DNA of 64,000 nt from the human T2T-CHM13v2.0 reference genome, Homo sapiens. The notes under the pieces are model-generated. The model was not told the origin of the DNA, made no database searches, and was given only the letters and a program-made list of their open reading frames with translations. Of this stretch, positions 1-17,310 are shown piece by piece. Both the position numbers and the translations under genes were made by a program. Each line of letters begins with the position of its first letter. The stretch's first letter is position 1. The stretch is taken from NCBI RefSeq assembly GCF_009914755.1, contig NC_060929.1; one strand, written 5' to 3'.

Positions 1-1017
1 TATTTTTGTACTGTAGGTACTGATAAAAAGCTTCTAACATAACGGAAGTAGCTGTTGCATCACAACATATCATCACATTTTAGAATTGGAAGAAATTGAA
101 CATGCATCTAATATAATTCCTTTGGACTAGGTCCGAGAAATAAAAGACACACTCAAGTTCACAGAAATATACAATTCTGACTCTTATATTCAGTGCTCTT
201 ACACATGTATTTTGCTGCTTTGTTATATAAAAATAACAGTAAATACAGATTCAAAAGTTTGGGGAACTTGTGAGTTGAAAGAACAAATCATAATAAAGCA
301 AACCTAATAAAAGAAAATCTATATTTACACACATGACTAAATGTCAGCGATTTTTATCTTTACAAAAGGATTCACTGAAAGCTTCTGTTAAGTGGTAAAC
401 TATGTTTTTTCAAGACTTTTATTTGTTTGTACTATATTGATAGCACTATACATGTATTACATAAAATATACCTACTCATAAACTGTCTTTGAGTTATTGG
501 AGTGATTTCTGTTCTGAGAATTCTGAATTTGTTAATGGACAGATAATGCAGAGAGAAAACTTGATTAAAGCCCTGGCAACAGATGATACTATGACTATAC
601 CTCAACTAAAATGCCATGTCATAAATAGTTATTTTAATATTTATGGTACTTACTTTTGAGTAGGGATATGGGAAAACCTCTCAAAAGCTATCATCCAGGT
701 TTTAATATAAGGAGGAACAAACCTAGGAGAGTACTGGGAAATGGGGAATAAATGTATAGAAGTATCTGGCACTGTTAGTTAGTCAGGAAATAAGACATTA
801 ATAAAGAAAATCTTTTTAAAATTTTGATTATCTACATGCCTTATAAAATATCGCTGCTATACAATATATGATAAAATCTGAGTTTTTCTTACATAGTTTT
901 TCTTCCAAATCTTTTCAACATGTTCTTAACATCCATGATGTTTAACAGATCTTAAACATTGTTGAAAATATACCATTTTCAATAATATTGCTGTTTTTCC
1001 ATTCCTATATATGCCAC

Positions 1018-1075
1018 TAAGTGCCTGCCACTTAGTGGACACTTAACACAAATTTGTTGAATGAATACATGAATA
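1018..1075 (+). mobile_element. L2 LINE 3' terminal fragment
   Basis: gtgcctgccacttagtggacacttaacacaaatttgttgaatgaata resembles the L2 3' end (gtgcctggcacatagtaggtgctcaataaatatttgttgaatgaatg). Confidence 0.6.
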
Positions 1076-2020
1076 TGTGTTGATTTTCAATGTAGGAACA
1101 ATTTTAAAATATCAAAAAAATTATTCAATTTCTTGGTCTTTAAATAGCTTATTAGAGGAATAAATTCTAACTGAAAATGATAATAACTAAACTTTATTAT
1201 CTCCTATTTATTACAGGTATTACACAGCAAGTGGGCACCAATATATCATTTCCTCAGTAGTCATAACTGCAATGGATTTTGTTACATCAGTATAGCCAAT
1301 TTACCAAAGAAGTTTGGTCAAAACATCAAAGAATGCCTTACCAATAATCGGATAGTGCCTTTTAACTGTGTCCAAGACCCTACATACTAAGTAGCTTAGG
1401 TTGTGATAATAAAACCTAGATGAACTGCAAACTGCAGTCCAAAACAACACAGGTCATCTCATCTTCTTTGGATAGCTTCCACAACTAAGGCAGCATATGT
1501 GGGTCTTATGATTTTAGAATATAGATGACATCGTCTATATGATAGAAGAACTTTAATAAACACCCAAGTAAATATATGGAAACTCACAATTGCTATAATT
1601 TTGAAATGTAAGGAATTTGACATAACAAAATAGGATGAATTTTGCCTTTGCAGATCAAATACTTTTCAATGCCAGTCTTTTGATGTTTTGATAGCCTATG
1701 CATGTATGTAAGCCATATTTAGAATGCTGCATTGAAGAAGGAATCCGGGCCAGATTACTTGCATTAACTTTGGATGCTCTTTGTTAACTATACTTCTAGA
1801 ATTACAGAGAAGCCTGAGGCCACATTGAAGGGTAATTGAATGACTTGATTCTTGGTAGTAAATTGCAGAAATTAAAGAATAATTTCCCACACTATGTTTA
1901 TTGACCTCATGAAAGCTATTAATGTCGTTAAAAGGCCTGGCTGCACAAAGACAGTCAAGTATCATGGTTGACTTAGCTTTTTGCTCCTGTGTCCCTCTAA
2001 CTATCACAGCTGGGGTCATT

Positions 2021-2135
2021 ACATTCATTCTTTCATTTATTAAATAAATATTTATTGAGTGCCCGCTATATGCCAAGCTTCCCACTTGGTGTAGAAGTGA
2101 CAAGGAGTGAATGAGATGTGATTCCTTATGCAGCT
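2021..2135 (-). mobile_element. L2 LINE 3' fragment
   Basis: cattcattc...aaatatttattgagtgcccgctatatgccaag is the reverse complement of the L2 3' end. Confidence 0.65.
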
Positions 2136-3362
2136 GAACACTGGTAACTTAGAAGAATCAGATTAATACTAGCCTTATTTGACCTTGCATGCAGACTCAA
2201 GTAGCTGTGTAACCCTCTTGACTTCTCATCTCTGAGTCATTGCCTTACTTCTTGGCCTTACTTCCTTATTTTGGGGATCATTTTGTACGTGTTTGCTCTT
2301 AGGCACTCCTAAACACTGGAATTCTGCTTCAGATCCTCAGAATTCATGGCATATCATTCCTCCACTATCCTGTTCTCCACATTTTCAGCTAAGCCATCAT
2401 TAAGCATCTGAATGTTGGTTATTACCAGATTCCTTTGATAGCCTGTTTCTCTTTCATTCTTAGAGGCTGAAAAGATTCTGTTACTGAAACTCAACACTTA
2501 GTTGATACCTGCTACAACTTTAACTACTCGTTGACTGTTTACGGCTTTTGCTGTAAGTTGGAGTATGGTGACAAACACACAAGTAAGTTTGCAAAGGCAT
2601 AGAATATTCATGCCTTAAATAATATCTACCTTAACTTCTAGGCTATATGGTCATTGAAAAATAGAGCTAAGTTGTATTCATCTCTTGTCACTCAGTATTT
2701 AATACATGGATATTTTGTTTTATTAAATATTTACATGTATCAATGCCAAATAGTTTTATAGATTAGCTGAAGCGGATTAACTCCTTCTTCATTTAAGAAT
2801 GACTCAGTTAGGTTAGCAAAGAGAAGTGAGTGATTTTAATCTATAAATTTCCCTCCAACTTGGCATTATTTGCTTCCTCCTTGTAGGGTTAATTCAAAAC
2901 GGTCCAGAGCTTTAGTAATTTGCTGGTTAGGTGCATTTTCCCCAAAACTCTCATAGTACTGTTCTTGTTGACTTCTTTAATACTAGCTCTAATTGCTACA
3001 GTATGTGTGTTGTGTGTGTGTGGGTTTTTTTTCTAGATGTAATTTACCTACTAAAATATTCACCTGTTTGAAGTAAAGAATTCAGTATTTTTTTGTATAT
3101 TTGCAAGGTGGTATGGTTGTCACAACTATCAAGTTTCAGGATATTCTCAGCCCAGTAAAAAACTCATACCTTTTAGCAATCACTCCTCTCCCTTCCAAAC
3201 CTTTGAAGAGATAATCTACTTTCTGTATCTGTGCACTTGCCTTTTCTAAACATTTCATATAAAAATATCATGCAATATGTAGCTTTTTGTATCTGACATT
3301 TTCACTTAGTGTAATATTTTAAAGGGTTATCTACATTGTAGCGTAAATCACTACTTTCTTTC

Positions 3363-3661
3363 TTCTTTGTTTTTTTTTTTTTCTGAGACAGAATCTCACT
3401 CTTTGCCCAGGCAGGAGTGCAGTGGCAGGCTCTCAGCTCACCGCAACCTCCGCCTCCTGGGTTCAAGTAATTCTCTGCCTCAGCCTCCTGAGTAGCTGGG
3501 ATTACAGGCATCTGCCACCACACCCAGCTAATTTTTTTTTTTTTGTAGAGACAGGGTTTCACCATATTGGTCAGGCTGGTCTCAAACTCCTGACCTTGTG
3601 ATCTTCCCTCCTCGGCCTCCCAAAGTGCTGGGATTACAGGCATGAGCCTCCACACCCGGCC
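3363..3661 (-). mobile_element. AluS (Sq/Sg-like), full length
   Basis: Poly-T, then gagacagaatctcactc...ctcccaaagtgctgggattacaggcatgagc...cccggcc; degenerate TSD ctactttctttc / ctgctttctttc; explains ORF 3302..3655. Confidence 0.95.
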
Positions 3662-3745
3662 CTGCTTTCTTTCCTTCTCTTTTGGCTGAATAATGTTTTA
3701 TTGCATGTATATGCTACCTTTTATTTATTCCTTCATCAGATAATG

Positions 3746-3845
3746 AACATTTAGATTGTTTGCACTTTTTGGCTCTTTTGAATAGTGCTGTGATAAACAT
3801 TTAGATTGTTTACACTTTTTGGCTTTTATGAATAGTGCTGCTATT
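3746..3845. repeat. 50-bp tandem duplication within L1M
   Basis: aacatttagattgttt(g/a)cactttttggct...gaatagtgctg occurs at 3746 and 3796. Confidence 0.85.
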
Positions 3846-6800
3846 AACTTTCAAACAAGTTTGTGTGTGGACATGTGGTCTCAGTTATCTTGGATATATA
3901 CATAGCAGTATAATCTGTGGATCATATGGAACTTTATGCTTAACTTTTTAAGGAACTGCCAAACTGTTTTTCAAAGTAGCTGCATTATTTTATATTCTGA
4001 CCAGCAAAAGTATGAGGGCTCATATTTTTCCAAATCTTTGCCAGCACTTCTTATTGTCTGCTCTTTTGCTTAGAAACCTCCTAGTGTATGTGAAGTGGTT
4101 ATCTCACTGTGGCTTTTCCTAATGCATTTCACTTTCCTGTTGGCCAATGATGTGGAATATATTGTCCATTTGTACATCTTCTTTAGAAAAATCTCTATTC
4201 TAATCTTTTGCCCATTTTTTTTTTTACAGAATTATTTGATCTTCCTGTTGAGCTCTAGCTAAGGGTTCTTCATATATTCTGGATATTAGACCTTCATCAG
4301 ATATGTGATTTACAAATATTTTTTCCCATTTGTTTGTTACCTTTTCACTATCTTGATACTCTACTTTGAGGTGAAAATGCTTTTAAATTCGATGAAGTCC
4401 AATTTATCTATTTTTTCTTTGATTTCTTGTGCTTTTGGTATTATGTTTAAATATTGCATTTCTAGAATAAATGTCATGAATAATTATACTGATGATTTCT
4501 TCTAAGAGTTTTATAGTTTTAATGCTTATTTTTAGTTATTTGATTTATTTGGGGTCTATTTTTACATATAATGTGAGGAAGGATTACAACTTCCTTCTTT
4601 TTCATGTAGATATGCAGATGTTTGCAGCACCATATGTCAAAAAAATCTCTTCTTTCCTCATAAAATTTTCTTGACACTCTTGTTAAAATTCAATTGACCA
4701 TAAATGTATGGGTTTATTACAGTACTTATATTTCTATTTCATTGATTTATACATCTATCCTATGCAAGTACCACAAAGTCTTGATTACAGCAGTTTTATA
4801 CTAAGCTTTGGAATTGGCGAGTATATGTTTTCAAACTTATTACTTTCCAAGATTGTTTAGATAATTCTCAGTTCTTTTGTATTTAAATTTTTGCATCAGT
4901 ATGTTAATTTATGCAAAAAATGCATTTGGGACTTGACAAGATTTTGTTAAATATGTGGATGAAGTTTTAGAGTATTACATCTTAACAAGTCTTTAATCCA
5001 TGAACATGGAATTCCTTTCTATTTATTTAGGATTTCTTTATTTTATTTTAATGATATTTGGTACTTGCAGTGTACAAGTCTTATACTTCTTTTGTTTATT
5101 TATACCTAAGAATTTTATTTTTGATAATATTATAAATGTTATGGTTTCCTTAATTTAAATTTTTGTATTGTTCATGGGTAATGTATAGAAAAAATACTTT
5201 GTACAATGATCTTATATCCTGAAACTTTGCTCAGTTCATTTATTTAATATTAGATTTAACTGTTAGGGTGCATCGCATGTGAATGTCTTATGGTAAGCAA
5301 TTAGTTTCATATGCAATTCAGTTACACTCAAAAACAGATTCTGGGCTTGATTTTCAACACATTCTTTTCTGTGGCTGTGAGATGACAGCTTTAGGAAAAC
5401 ACTGCTAGAGGAGCCCTTTGCTTTTCAGATTATGTATTAAGATAAGAATTTTTAGCTTTCTGTTTCTTCTTCTTTTTCCCCAAAGCATCTAGCATTATTT
5501 AAAAAAAAAAAGTCATGCCATTTCTGGTACTAATTGTTTTAGCTTGCATTTCCTAGAAAATAAGCATGAAGCAAAATTTAAGCGTTAATGCTTTTGTGGG
5601 AAGTATAATCCCAAGGCAATGAAAGTTGGTGGAAAGCATCCAGAAGCTGAATGAAAATAAAAGGTTATGGGTTTTTTATTTGAGCACTACTTCACAAGCT
5701 AATAAAGAGACAAAGCAGGTTGATAGGCCTTGCAGCAAATCTTGGATAGGTGATACATATACAAGGACAAATCACAAGTGTGATAAATTTCAAAATTACT
5801 TATATTCCATATCTTCCCTGCTTCTTATTCCCCATTTACCAGCATTTGTTTGATGGATATTCTCTACTGATAGAACTCTTTTTCTGCCCAATCAAAACAT
5901 TTTAGCAGCATAGTTTGGGAAATGGAGAGCAGGATAGCTATGTGAACAAATACAATATCTCATATATCTATTGACCATTTTAATAAGAAATATCACATAA
6001 TTATTTTTATTAACTTGTGCACTAGAGTGTATGGCTTTTAATAAATATTTCAGAGAACTATGACCTTAATGTAGTTTTGTATGTTCTAAAGTCTGAAGCA
6101 GCCTTGTAAATTACATAGTATGCTGGATTATGAGCATATAATAGTGCCCTATTTTTTAAAGTCTTCTAAATTAATTCTATTCATAGTAATGTTATATTGT
6201 ATAATTAATCTGGTACAACTAGTTCTACATTTCATTCCTTTATTAATAAAATATAAATTCACCCATGTTTTGATCCAGAGGACAATATTTTAATTAAATT
6301 TCTAAGCAAACTCTAAGTCTCTAAAAAATACTTTAGAAAACTTCATAAGACACTTAAAGGTTTAGAGCTACTTAGCAGATGCTGAGGCCAAGAAATAAAA
6401 TACAAAACAAATTTAGCCACAAAATAAACTGACCTGCAAACTGACCTCCTAAGAGTTAAACTACAGAATATATTCAACTTTAAGTGTGATTAATATAGTG
6501 GCTTGTCATTGAAACAAACTGGTTCCTCAGTTACATGAACCTCTCAACCAAACCTCATATATTTTGATGAACAATAAACAGAATAACTGCACAAAATATT
6601 CTCTCAGTTGAGCTACTGACTTCACATCATTGCGGTAGGAAATTGAGGCAAGTTAGCTAGTTATCACTGCTGCCTCATTAGAATTTTAACAGAGAATAAT
6701 GCTGATCTCTAGTAACTACTCCCTTGTTGTGGGAACGGAATAAGAGATTACCCTGTCTTCTTCTTTTATGAGGTCTAGAAATGACCTGGACATACAGGGC

Positions 6801-6871
6801 TATAAGATGAAAAAACAAACAAACAAACAAACAAACACAGGAGCAAAGAGAACAAGGGTTAGAAAGCAGAA

Positions 6872-6950
6872 GTGTGTGTGTGTGTGCGTGTGCGTGCGTG
6901 TGTGTGTGTGCATGCATGCATGTGTCTGTGTGTGTGTGTGTGTGTGTGTG
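6872..6950. repeat. Interrupted (TG)n microsatellite
   Basis: gtgtgtgt...gcgtgtgcgtgc...catgcatgca...gtgtgtg; explains ORFs 6678-7092. Confidence 0.95.
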
Positions 6951-8639
6951 TTCAGTGAGGTTAGGACTGTTAAAATTTGAGCAGTTCAGACTTTCCACAA
7001 GATTCTCCTTGAATCCCTTGGTCATGTCAGAATTTCCTTCAGGTGTTGAAACTTTCCACCCAAACTCAGTATTTGTACATTTTACTTGTTAACGTCTTGG
7101 ATGTCAGCCAAATGATAACTAGCTATATTTCATTTGATTTTGTGAAGATAGCTTGAGATTGCCTAGCTTCTGCAGCTTTCGAGCTCTCTTGGCAAATTCG
7201 GAATGTATGTTGTATGTTTTTAAGGCAATTGTCATCATTATGATACACTCATCTGAAAACCTTAGTTTCAAAACAAAGTGTTCTTTTAAAATCATATTTC
7301 AAAGATTCCTTCTTCAAACAGCCAATCTTTCAGTATTAAAATAATAAGATAGATATAAACCATAGCTTTAATTTGGGAGGAAGTGTTTGAAAAAAAACTG
7401 GTTACAAACAGGCCTTTCTTTTCAATGATTACACTCTGAATATTGTTTTCTGATTTACATTGGCAGCTAATAGTTAGAGGGACTTTTGCTGCTTCTGATT
7501 CTGACCATTTCAAATTCTGGTCGTTTTAAATAGAAATATAATAGGAATTTAAAAATAAGCATAAGCATAATTTAGCTGTGCCTACTGCTTACTAGGGCTG
7601 AGTACTTGTGCAAGTTGTTCATGCCCAATGAAGTCTGTCTATTTTGACTTAATAAATGTTTCCTGCATGAATAAATGAATGAATGTCTATTATTATGTGC
7701 CAAAAATATCAGTGGTTAAAAATATGAAGATTAATAGAGCACAACTTGTGACTTTCACAAGGTTTCAGAGTGAAAAGAGGAGAGACATGAAATAAAACAA
7801 TCACAACCTTTATAGCAGTATGAATAAGACACCCTGGGAGCTACAGGGAGAAAAGAATTTACCTATGACTGGGAGGTCAAGAACTTTCTGAAAGAAATTA
7901 TGTTTGACCTGAGGTTTAAGAATGTCTCAGAGGCATTCTTCAAAATGACTAAACAAGATTTTGAAAATGCCATGCCAGAGAAGGAAAAATGTATAAAAAC
8001 AGAAAATAAAGCCATAAAGACCAGGATGCATTGCATAATTTAAAAACCTGGTGATTAATTGCAGGAGCAGAGTTGTTCAAAATATTTGTAATGCTCAGAC
8101 CTCAAATAATCTTTTGGTTCACGAGAATAGTTTTGGATCTTATCATGCAAGTCAGCAGTTTTCAACATGTGTTTCTCTGTAGCACATAGGACAGATGACA
8201 GCTACGTACATGACACACTACACAAGCAGAGCCAAAGAACAGTGTAATTCCTTGCACTCCATCTTTGCTGTCTTTTTCTTATATAAATTAAGAAATAATA
8301 TAAAAATAAGCAATGAAAATGGGATTATTACAACTTTTATTTTCCCCAAATTGATTTAGTAAGTTATTCACAAAATTGTTGATACAATTATCTCACATCA
8401 TTGTACTATTAACACAATAGTGGACCAAGCTGCTGTTAGTGTAGAAGGGAAGAGTCCACTAAATATTTTAGACAAAATTGTGCATGGTCACATTTTTTTA
8501 AGAAAAGGGGATACTGGTGGCAGAGATGGAGAATAGAGGGATTACAGTGAGGACCTTCATACAGTAATTCTCAACATAGATGGGACACAGTTTTCTGGGG
8601 TGACATGGCAGACTCCAGGAATTGGCTAGCTCAATCACC

Positions 8640-9030
8640 TTTTCTTTTTCTTTTTCTCCACTGTGGTGGGTGAAAAAATGATACTTAACTTGTCTCTCTT
8701 GCAAGGAGGATTGTGTATGTGGCTACTCAGGCTAATAAGATGTAAGCATTAGTCTGCCCAGAAGTTCTGGGAGAACTTTCCTGATTAAAGGGGCATACTG
8801 TTGGTACTTCTCCTTAATCCTTCTTTCTGTCTTGAATAAAGAGGTGATTCCTAGAATTGCACAGCCACTTTGTGTCCAGAATATCCAAGAAAATTATAGT
8901 CAGCTGACATATTTTAGTTGTCTACGGCAGCCCTACTCCAGAATTCTTGTTAAAAAACTAATTAAAAATAAACTGCCATTTATTTAAGCCATTGCATGTT
9001 GAATTTTTTTGTTCCTTGAAGATAATAGGG
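8640..9030 (+). mobile_element. Old MaLR LTR (MLT1I/J/K-like)
   Basis: aataagatgtaagcattagtctgcc...ctttcctgattaaagggg and 3' aaaaataaactgccatttatttaagccattg resemble old MLT1 LTRs. Confidence 0.55.
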
Positions 9031-9739
9031 GATGTTTCTGGAGATCAAAGTGCTACTTTATTGAGAATTATTGTTTTAGTGATCCACTAGCATTTATGGC
9101 AGCATGTATATCTTTCAGTTGTAAAGAAATAGAGGAAAAAGGCTCAGAAATGATTTCTGTTATTTTGTTGCAAGATTATTGGAATAATTCAGGTAAAATT
9201 AAAGAAGGACCACTCTGGCAATAACAACAAGGGTGTAGAGAAGGGAATTGGAGAGAAGCAATTAATATTAGTAGAAATAAAAGCAATACGATATTTGGTA
9301 TATAGAATTTAATATAGAAAATATAGAATTTAAGATATCTATAGACAATCAATAAATGATATTGAGAAATCTTTGGAGAATATGAGCCTGAAGCTCATGA
9401 GAGGTATTAAGCAGTTAAATGCTCATATAAAATTCATAACTTAGATCAGAAGAGTTAAGCTTATAGTCCATGGTCCAAAAAAACTTCTGAATGATGACAC
9501 AGTTTAGTTTAGCAAATGGTTTTTTAATTGGCTAGGTTGACACTTATGGATGATCACCTGTCAAAAAATGTTTTGGAACTGCTCTCAACATGGAATGCAT
9601 CAAACCCTTATAATAAAATAGAATTAATATCAATAATCCATTTGGGTAATAGAGATAGTTTTGTTCCCACCTGCACTGTATTGATTTGCTCTATGAAATG
9701 TGTAGCCTAGGTCCATACTTGAATTCATACAGATATTCA

Positions 9740-13185
<3,446 letters not shown>

Positions 13186-13194
13186 GTATGTATA

Positions 13195-16100
13195 CGTGTG
13201 TGTGTATATATATATAATATGTATTATATATATAACAATATATGTTATATATAATATATAATATATATAATATATAATATATATAACATATATAACATAT
13301 ATAACATATATAATATATATAACATATATAATATATATAATATATATAACATATATAACATATATTATATATTATATATATTGTATATAATATATATAAC
13401 ATATATAACATATATAACATATATATTATATATAACGTATATAACGTATATAACATATATATTATATATAACGTATATATTATATATATAACATATATAT
13501 TATATATAACGTATATATAATATATATAACATATATATTATATATAAGGTATATATTATATATATAACGTATATATTATATATATAACGTATATATTATA
13601 TATAACGTATATATTATATATAACGTATATATTATATATGTAACGTATATATTATATATGTAACGTATATATTATATATGTAACGTATATAATATGTATA
13701 ACATATATATTATGTATAACATATGTATTATATATAACATATATATTATGTATAACATATATATTATGTATAACATATATAATATATATAACATATTATA
13801 TGTATAACATATATAATATATATAACATATTATATGTATAACATATATAATATATATAACATATTATATGTATAACATATATAATATATATAACATTATA
13901 TGTATAACATATATAATATATATAACATATATTATATGTATAACATATATAACATATATAATATGTATAACATCTATATTATATATAACATATATAATAT
14001 GTATAACATATATAATATATAACATATATATTACGTATAACATATATAATATATAACATATATATTACGTATAACATATATATTACATATAACATATATA
14101 TTACGTATAACATATATATTAGGTATAACATATATATTACGTATAACATATATATTATATATAAAATATATATAGCATGTATAACATATATATTATATAT
14201 AATATATATTATATATAACATATATGTTATATAAAATATATATTATATATAACATATATGTCATATATAAAATATATATAATATATAACATATATGTCAT
14301 ATATAAAATGTATATTTTATATATAACATATATGTCATATATAAAAATATATATTTTATATATAACATATGTCATATAATATATATATCATATATAACCT
14401 ATATATGATATATAATATATATATCATATATAACCTATATATGATATATAATATATATATCATGTATAACCTATATATGATATATAATATATATATCATG
14501 TATAACCTATATATGATATATAATATATATATCATGTATAACATATATATGATATATAATATATATATCATGTATAACATATATATGATATATAATATAT
14601 ATATCATGTATAACATATATATGATATATAATATATATATCATGTATAACATATATATGATATATAAAATATATATATCATGTATAACATATATTATATA
14701 ATATATATATTCTGTATAACATATATTATATAATATATATATTATGTATAACATATATATTATATAATATATGTTAAATATAACATATATATTATATATA
14801 ATATATATATTAAATATAACATATATTATATAATATATATGTTATATATAACACATATATTATATATAATATATGTGTTATATATAACATATATATTATT
14901 TATAAAATATATTATATATAACATATATTATATAAAGTATATATTATATATAATATATAATAGATAAAATATATATTATATATAAAATATATTATATGCA
15001 AAATATATATTACATATAATATATATAAAATATATATATTATATATAAAATATATAGATAAAATATATATACTATGTATAAAATATATAATATATAAAAT
15101 AAATATATTATATACATAAAATATATATTATATATATAATAAATATATATAATATATTTTATATATTATATAATATATATAATATATATAATATATTTTA
15201 TATAAATATATATTATATATAAAAATACATATATAATATAAACTATACATTATATATATTTTACATATATTATATAATATATATTATATATATGAAATAT
15301 ATATATTATATATATAAAATATTTATATTATATATATTATATATTTTATATAATATATATGTATTTTATATATATTATATATTTTATATAATATATATGT
15401 ATTTTATATATATTATATATATGAAATATATATATTATATATATAAAATATTTATATTATATATATTATATATTTTATATAATATATATGTATTTTATAT
15501 ATATTATATATATTATATATATATTATATAAAATATATAATATATAAAAATATATATTATATATAAAATATACATAATATATAAACATATATATTATATA
15601 TAAAATATATATAATATATAAACATATATATTATATATAAAATATATATATAATATAAACATATATAATATATATAAAATATATATAATATATAAATATA
15701 TATATTATATATAAAATATATATAATATATAAAAATATATATTATATATAAACATATATTATATATAATATATAAGATATATATAAACATATATATAATA
15801 TATAAAATCTATATAAATATGTTATATATAATATCTATAATATATATAAATATATTATATATAATATGTATAACATATAAACATATATTATATAATATAT
15901 ATAACATATAAACATATATTATATAATATATAACATATAAACATATATTATACAATATATATAACTTATAAACATATATTATATAATATATATAACATAT
16001 AAACATATGTTTTATATTATATATAACGTATAAACATATATTATATATTATATATAAAGTATAAACATATATTATATATTATATATAATATATAAACATA

Positions 16101-16790
16101 TATTACATATAAATATACATAAAATATATATTTGTATATGTTAATAATTAATAATAATAATATATAATATAATATGTATATAATATATTATATATTATGT
16201 ATTATATACATATATAATATATATAATATATTATGTACATAATATATTATACATAATTTTATGTATATGTATTATACATATACATATACATATACATATG
16301 TATTATACATAATATTATGTATAATATATATTATGTAATATATATGATATATAATATATATAATATATTATGTATTTAATATATATTATGTATAATATAT
16401 ATTATATATAATATATATTATGTATAATATATATTATATATAATATATATTATGTATAATATATATTATATATAATATATATTATGTATAATATATATAT
16501 GTGTATTATATATTATGTATAATATATATTATGTATACAATATATATTAGGTATAATATATATTATTTATTATATAACATATATTATACATAGTGTATAT
16601 TATATATAAAATATATAATATACATAATATATATCATATATTATATACATAATATATATTATATACATAATATATTATATTGTATTTTATGTATATAATA
16701 TATAATATATATTATGTATATAATATATAATATACATAATATATACAATATATAATATACATAATATATACAAAGATATATATATATCTT
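13195..16790. repeat. ~3.6 kb compound TA-rich minisatellite / low-complexity array
   Basis: Almost only A/T. Sub-arrays: 18-20-bp units (tatataacgtatatatta, ~13430-13690), 36-bp units (atgatatataatatatatatcatgtataacctatat, ~14370-14660), a repeat offset by 129 bp (15292 vs 15421) and ~32-bp units (~16380-16500). Confidence 0.97.
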
Positions 16791-17310
16791 TGTCCGTGGG
16801 CTTTATATTATTGTGTGCTTTTGTTTTTATGTTTTTGTTTTGTTTTTATGTTTATGTTTTTGTTTTATGTTTACTGTCTTTTTGTTTCAACTTGAAAGAC
16901 TCCCTTTGACATTTCTTATAATGTAGATCTAGTGGTAGACTCCCTTAGCTTATGTTTATAAGAAATAGTTTTTCTCACTACTATTTTCCAAGGTAAGTTT
17001 TGATGAGTGTAGTATTCTTAGTTGGCAGGCTTATTTTTTACTTTTAACACCTCAAAAAGATAATCACAATCCTTATAAGATGTCTGCTGAGAAATTTATT
17101 TGTATTCTTACAAAAGCTCTCTTGTATGTGATTAGTTGCTTTTATCTTACTGCTCCTGAAATTCTGTTTGTCTTTGAGTTTTGACAAGTTGATTATTATC
17201 TATCTTGGTGAGATCTTCTTTAGACTTATTTTACTTGGGAAATTTGGAGTTCTTGAATCTAGATGTACATTTCCTGCAACACAGTAAGGAAGGTTTTGCC
17301 ATTATTTCTT
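16790..17310 (-). mobile_element. L1M continuation (ORF1 side) after the TA array
   Basis: ttcaacttgaaagactccctttgacatttctt...ctagtggtagactcccttagct...tctgctgagaaat is typical antisense L1MA/MB ORF1. Confidence 0.75.

Larger units (their letters stand above)
3030..5240 (-). mobile_element. Old L1M (L1MB/MC-like) 3' UTR plus ORF2 remnant, interrupted by an Alu
   Basis: Typical antisense L1M text (aactgccaaactgtttttcaaagtagctgc, tgtgaagtggttatctcactgtgg, gatgaagtccaatttatctatt); boundaries approximate. Confidence 0.8.

Noticed and set aside
1696-2103. 135-aa ORF
   Set aside because: Begins in an L2 fragment, has no recognisable domain, and its length is plausible by chance
13195-16790. CRISPR-like periodic array (36-bp units)
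   Set aside because: Units are head-to-tail with no unique spacers, no cas genes, and the context is human
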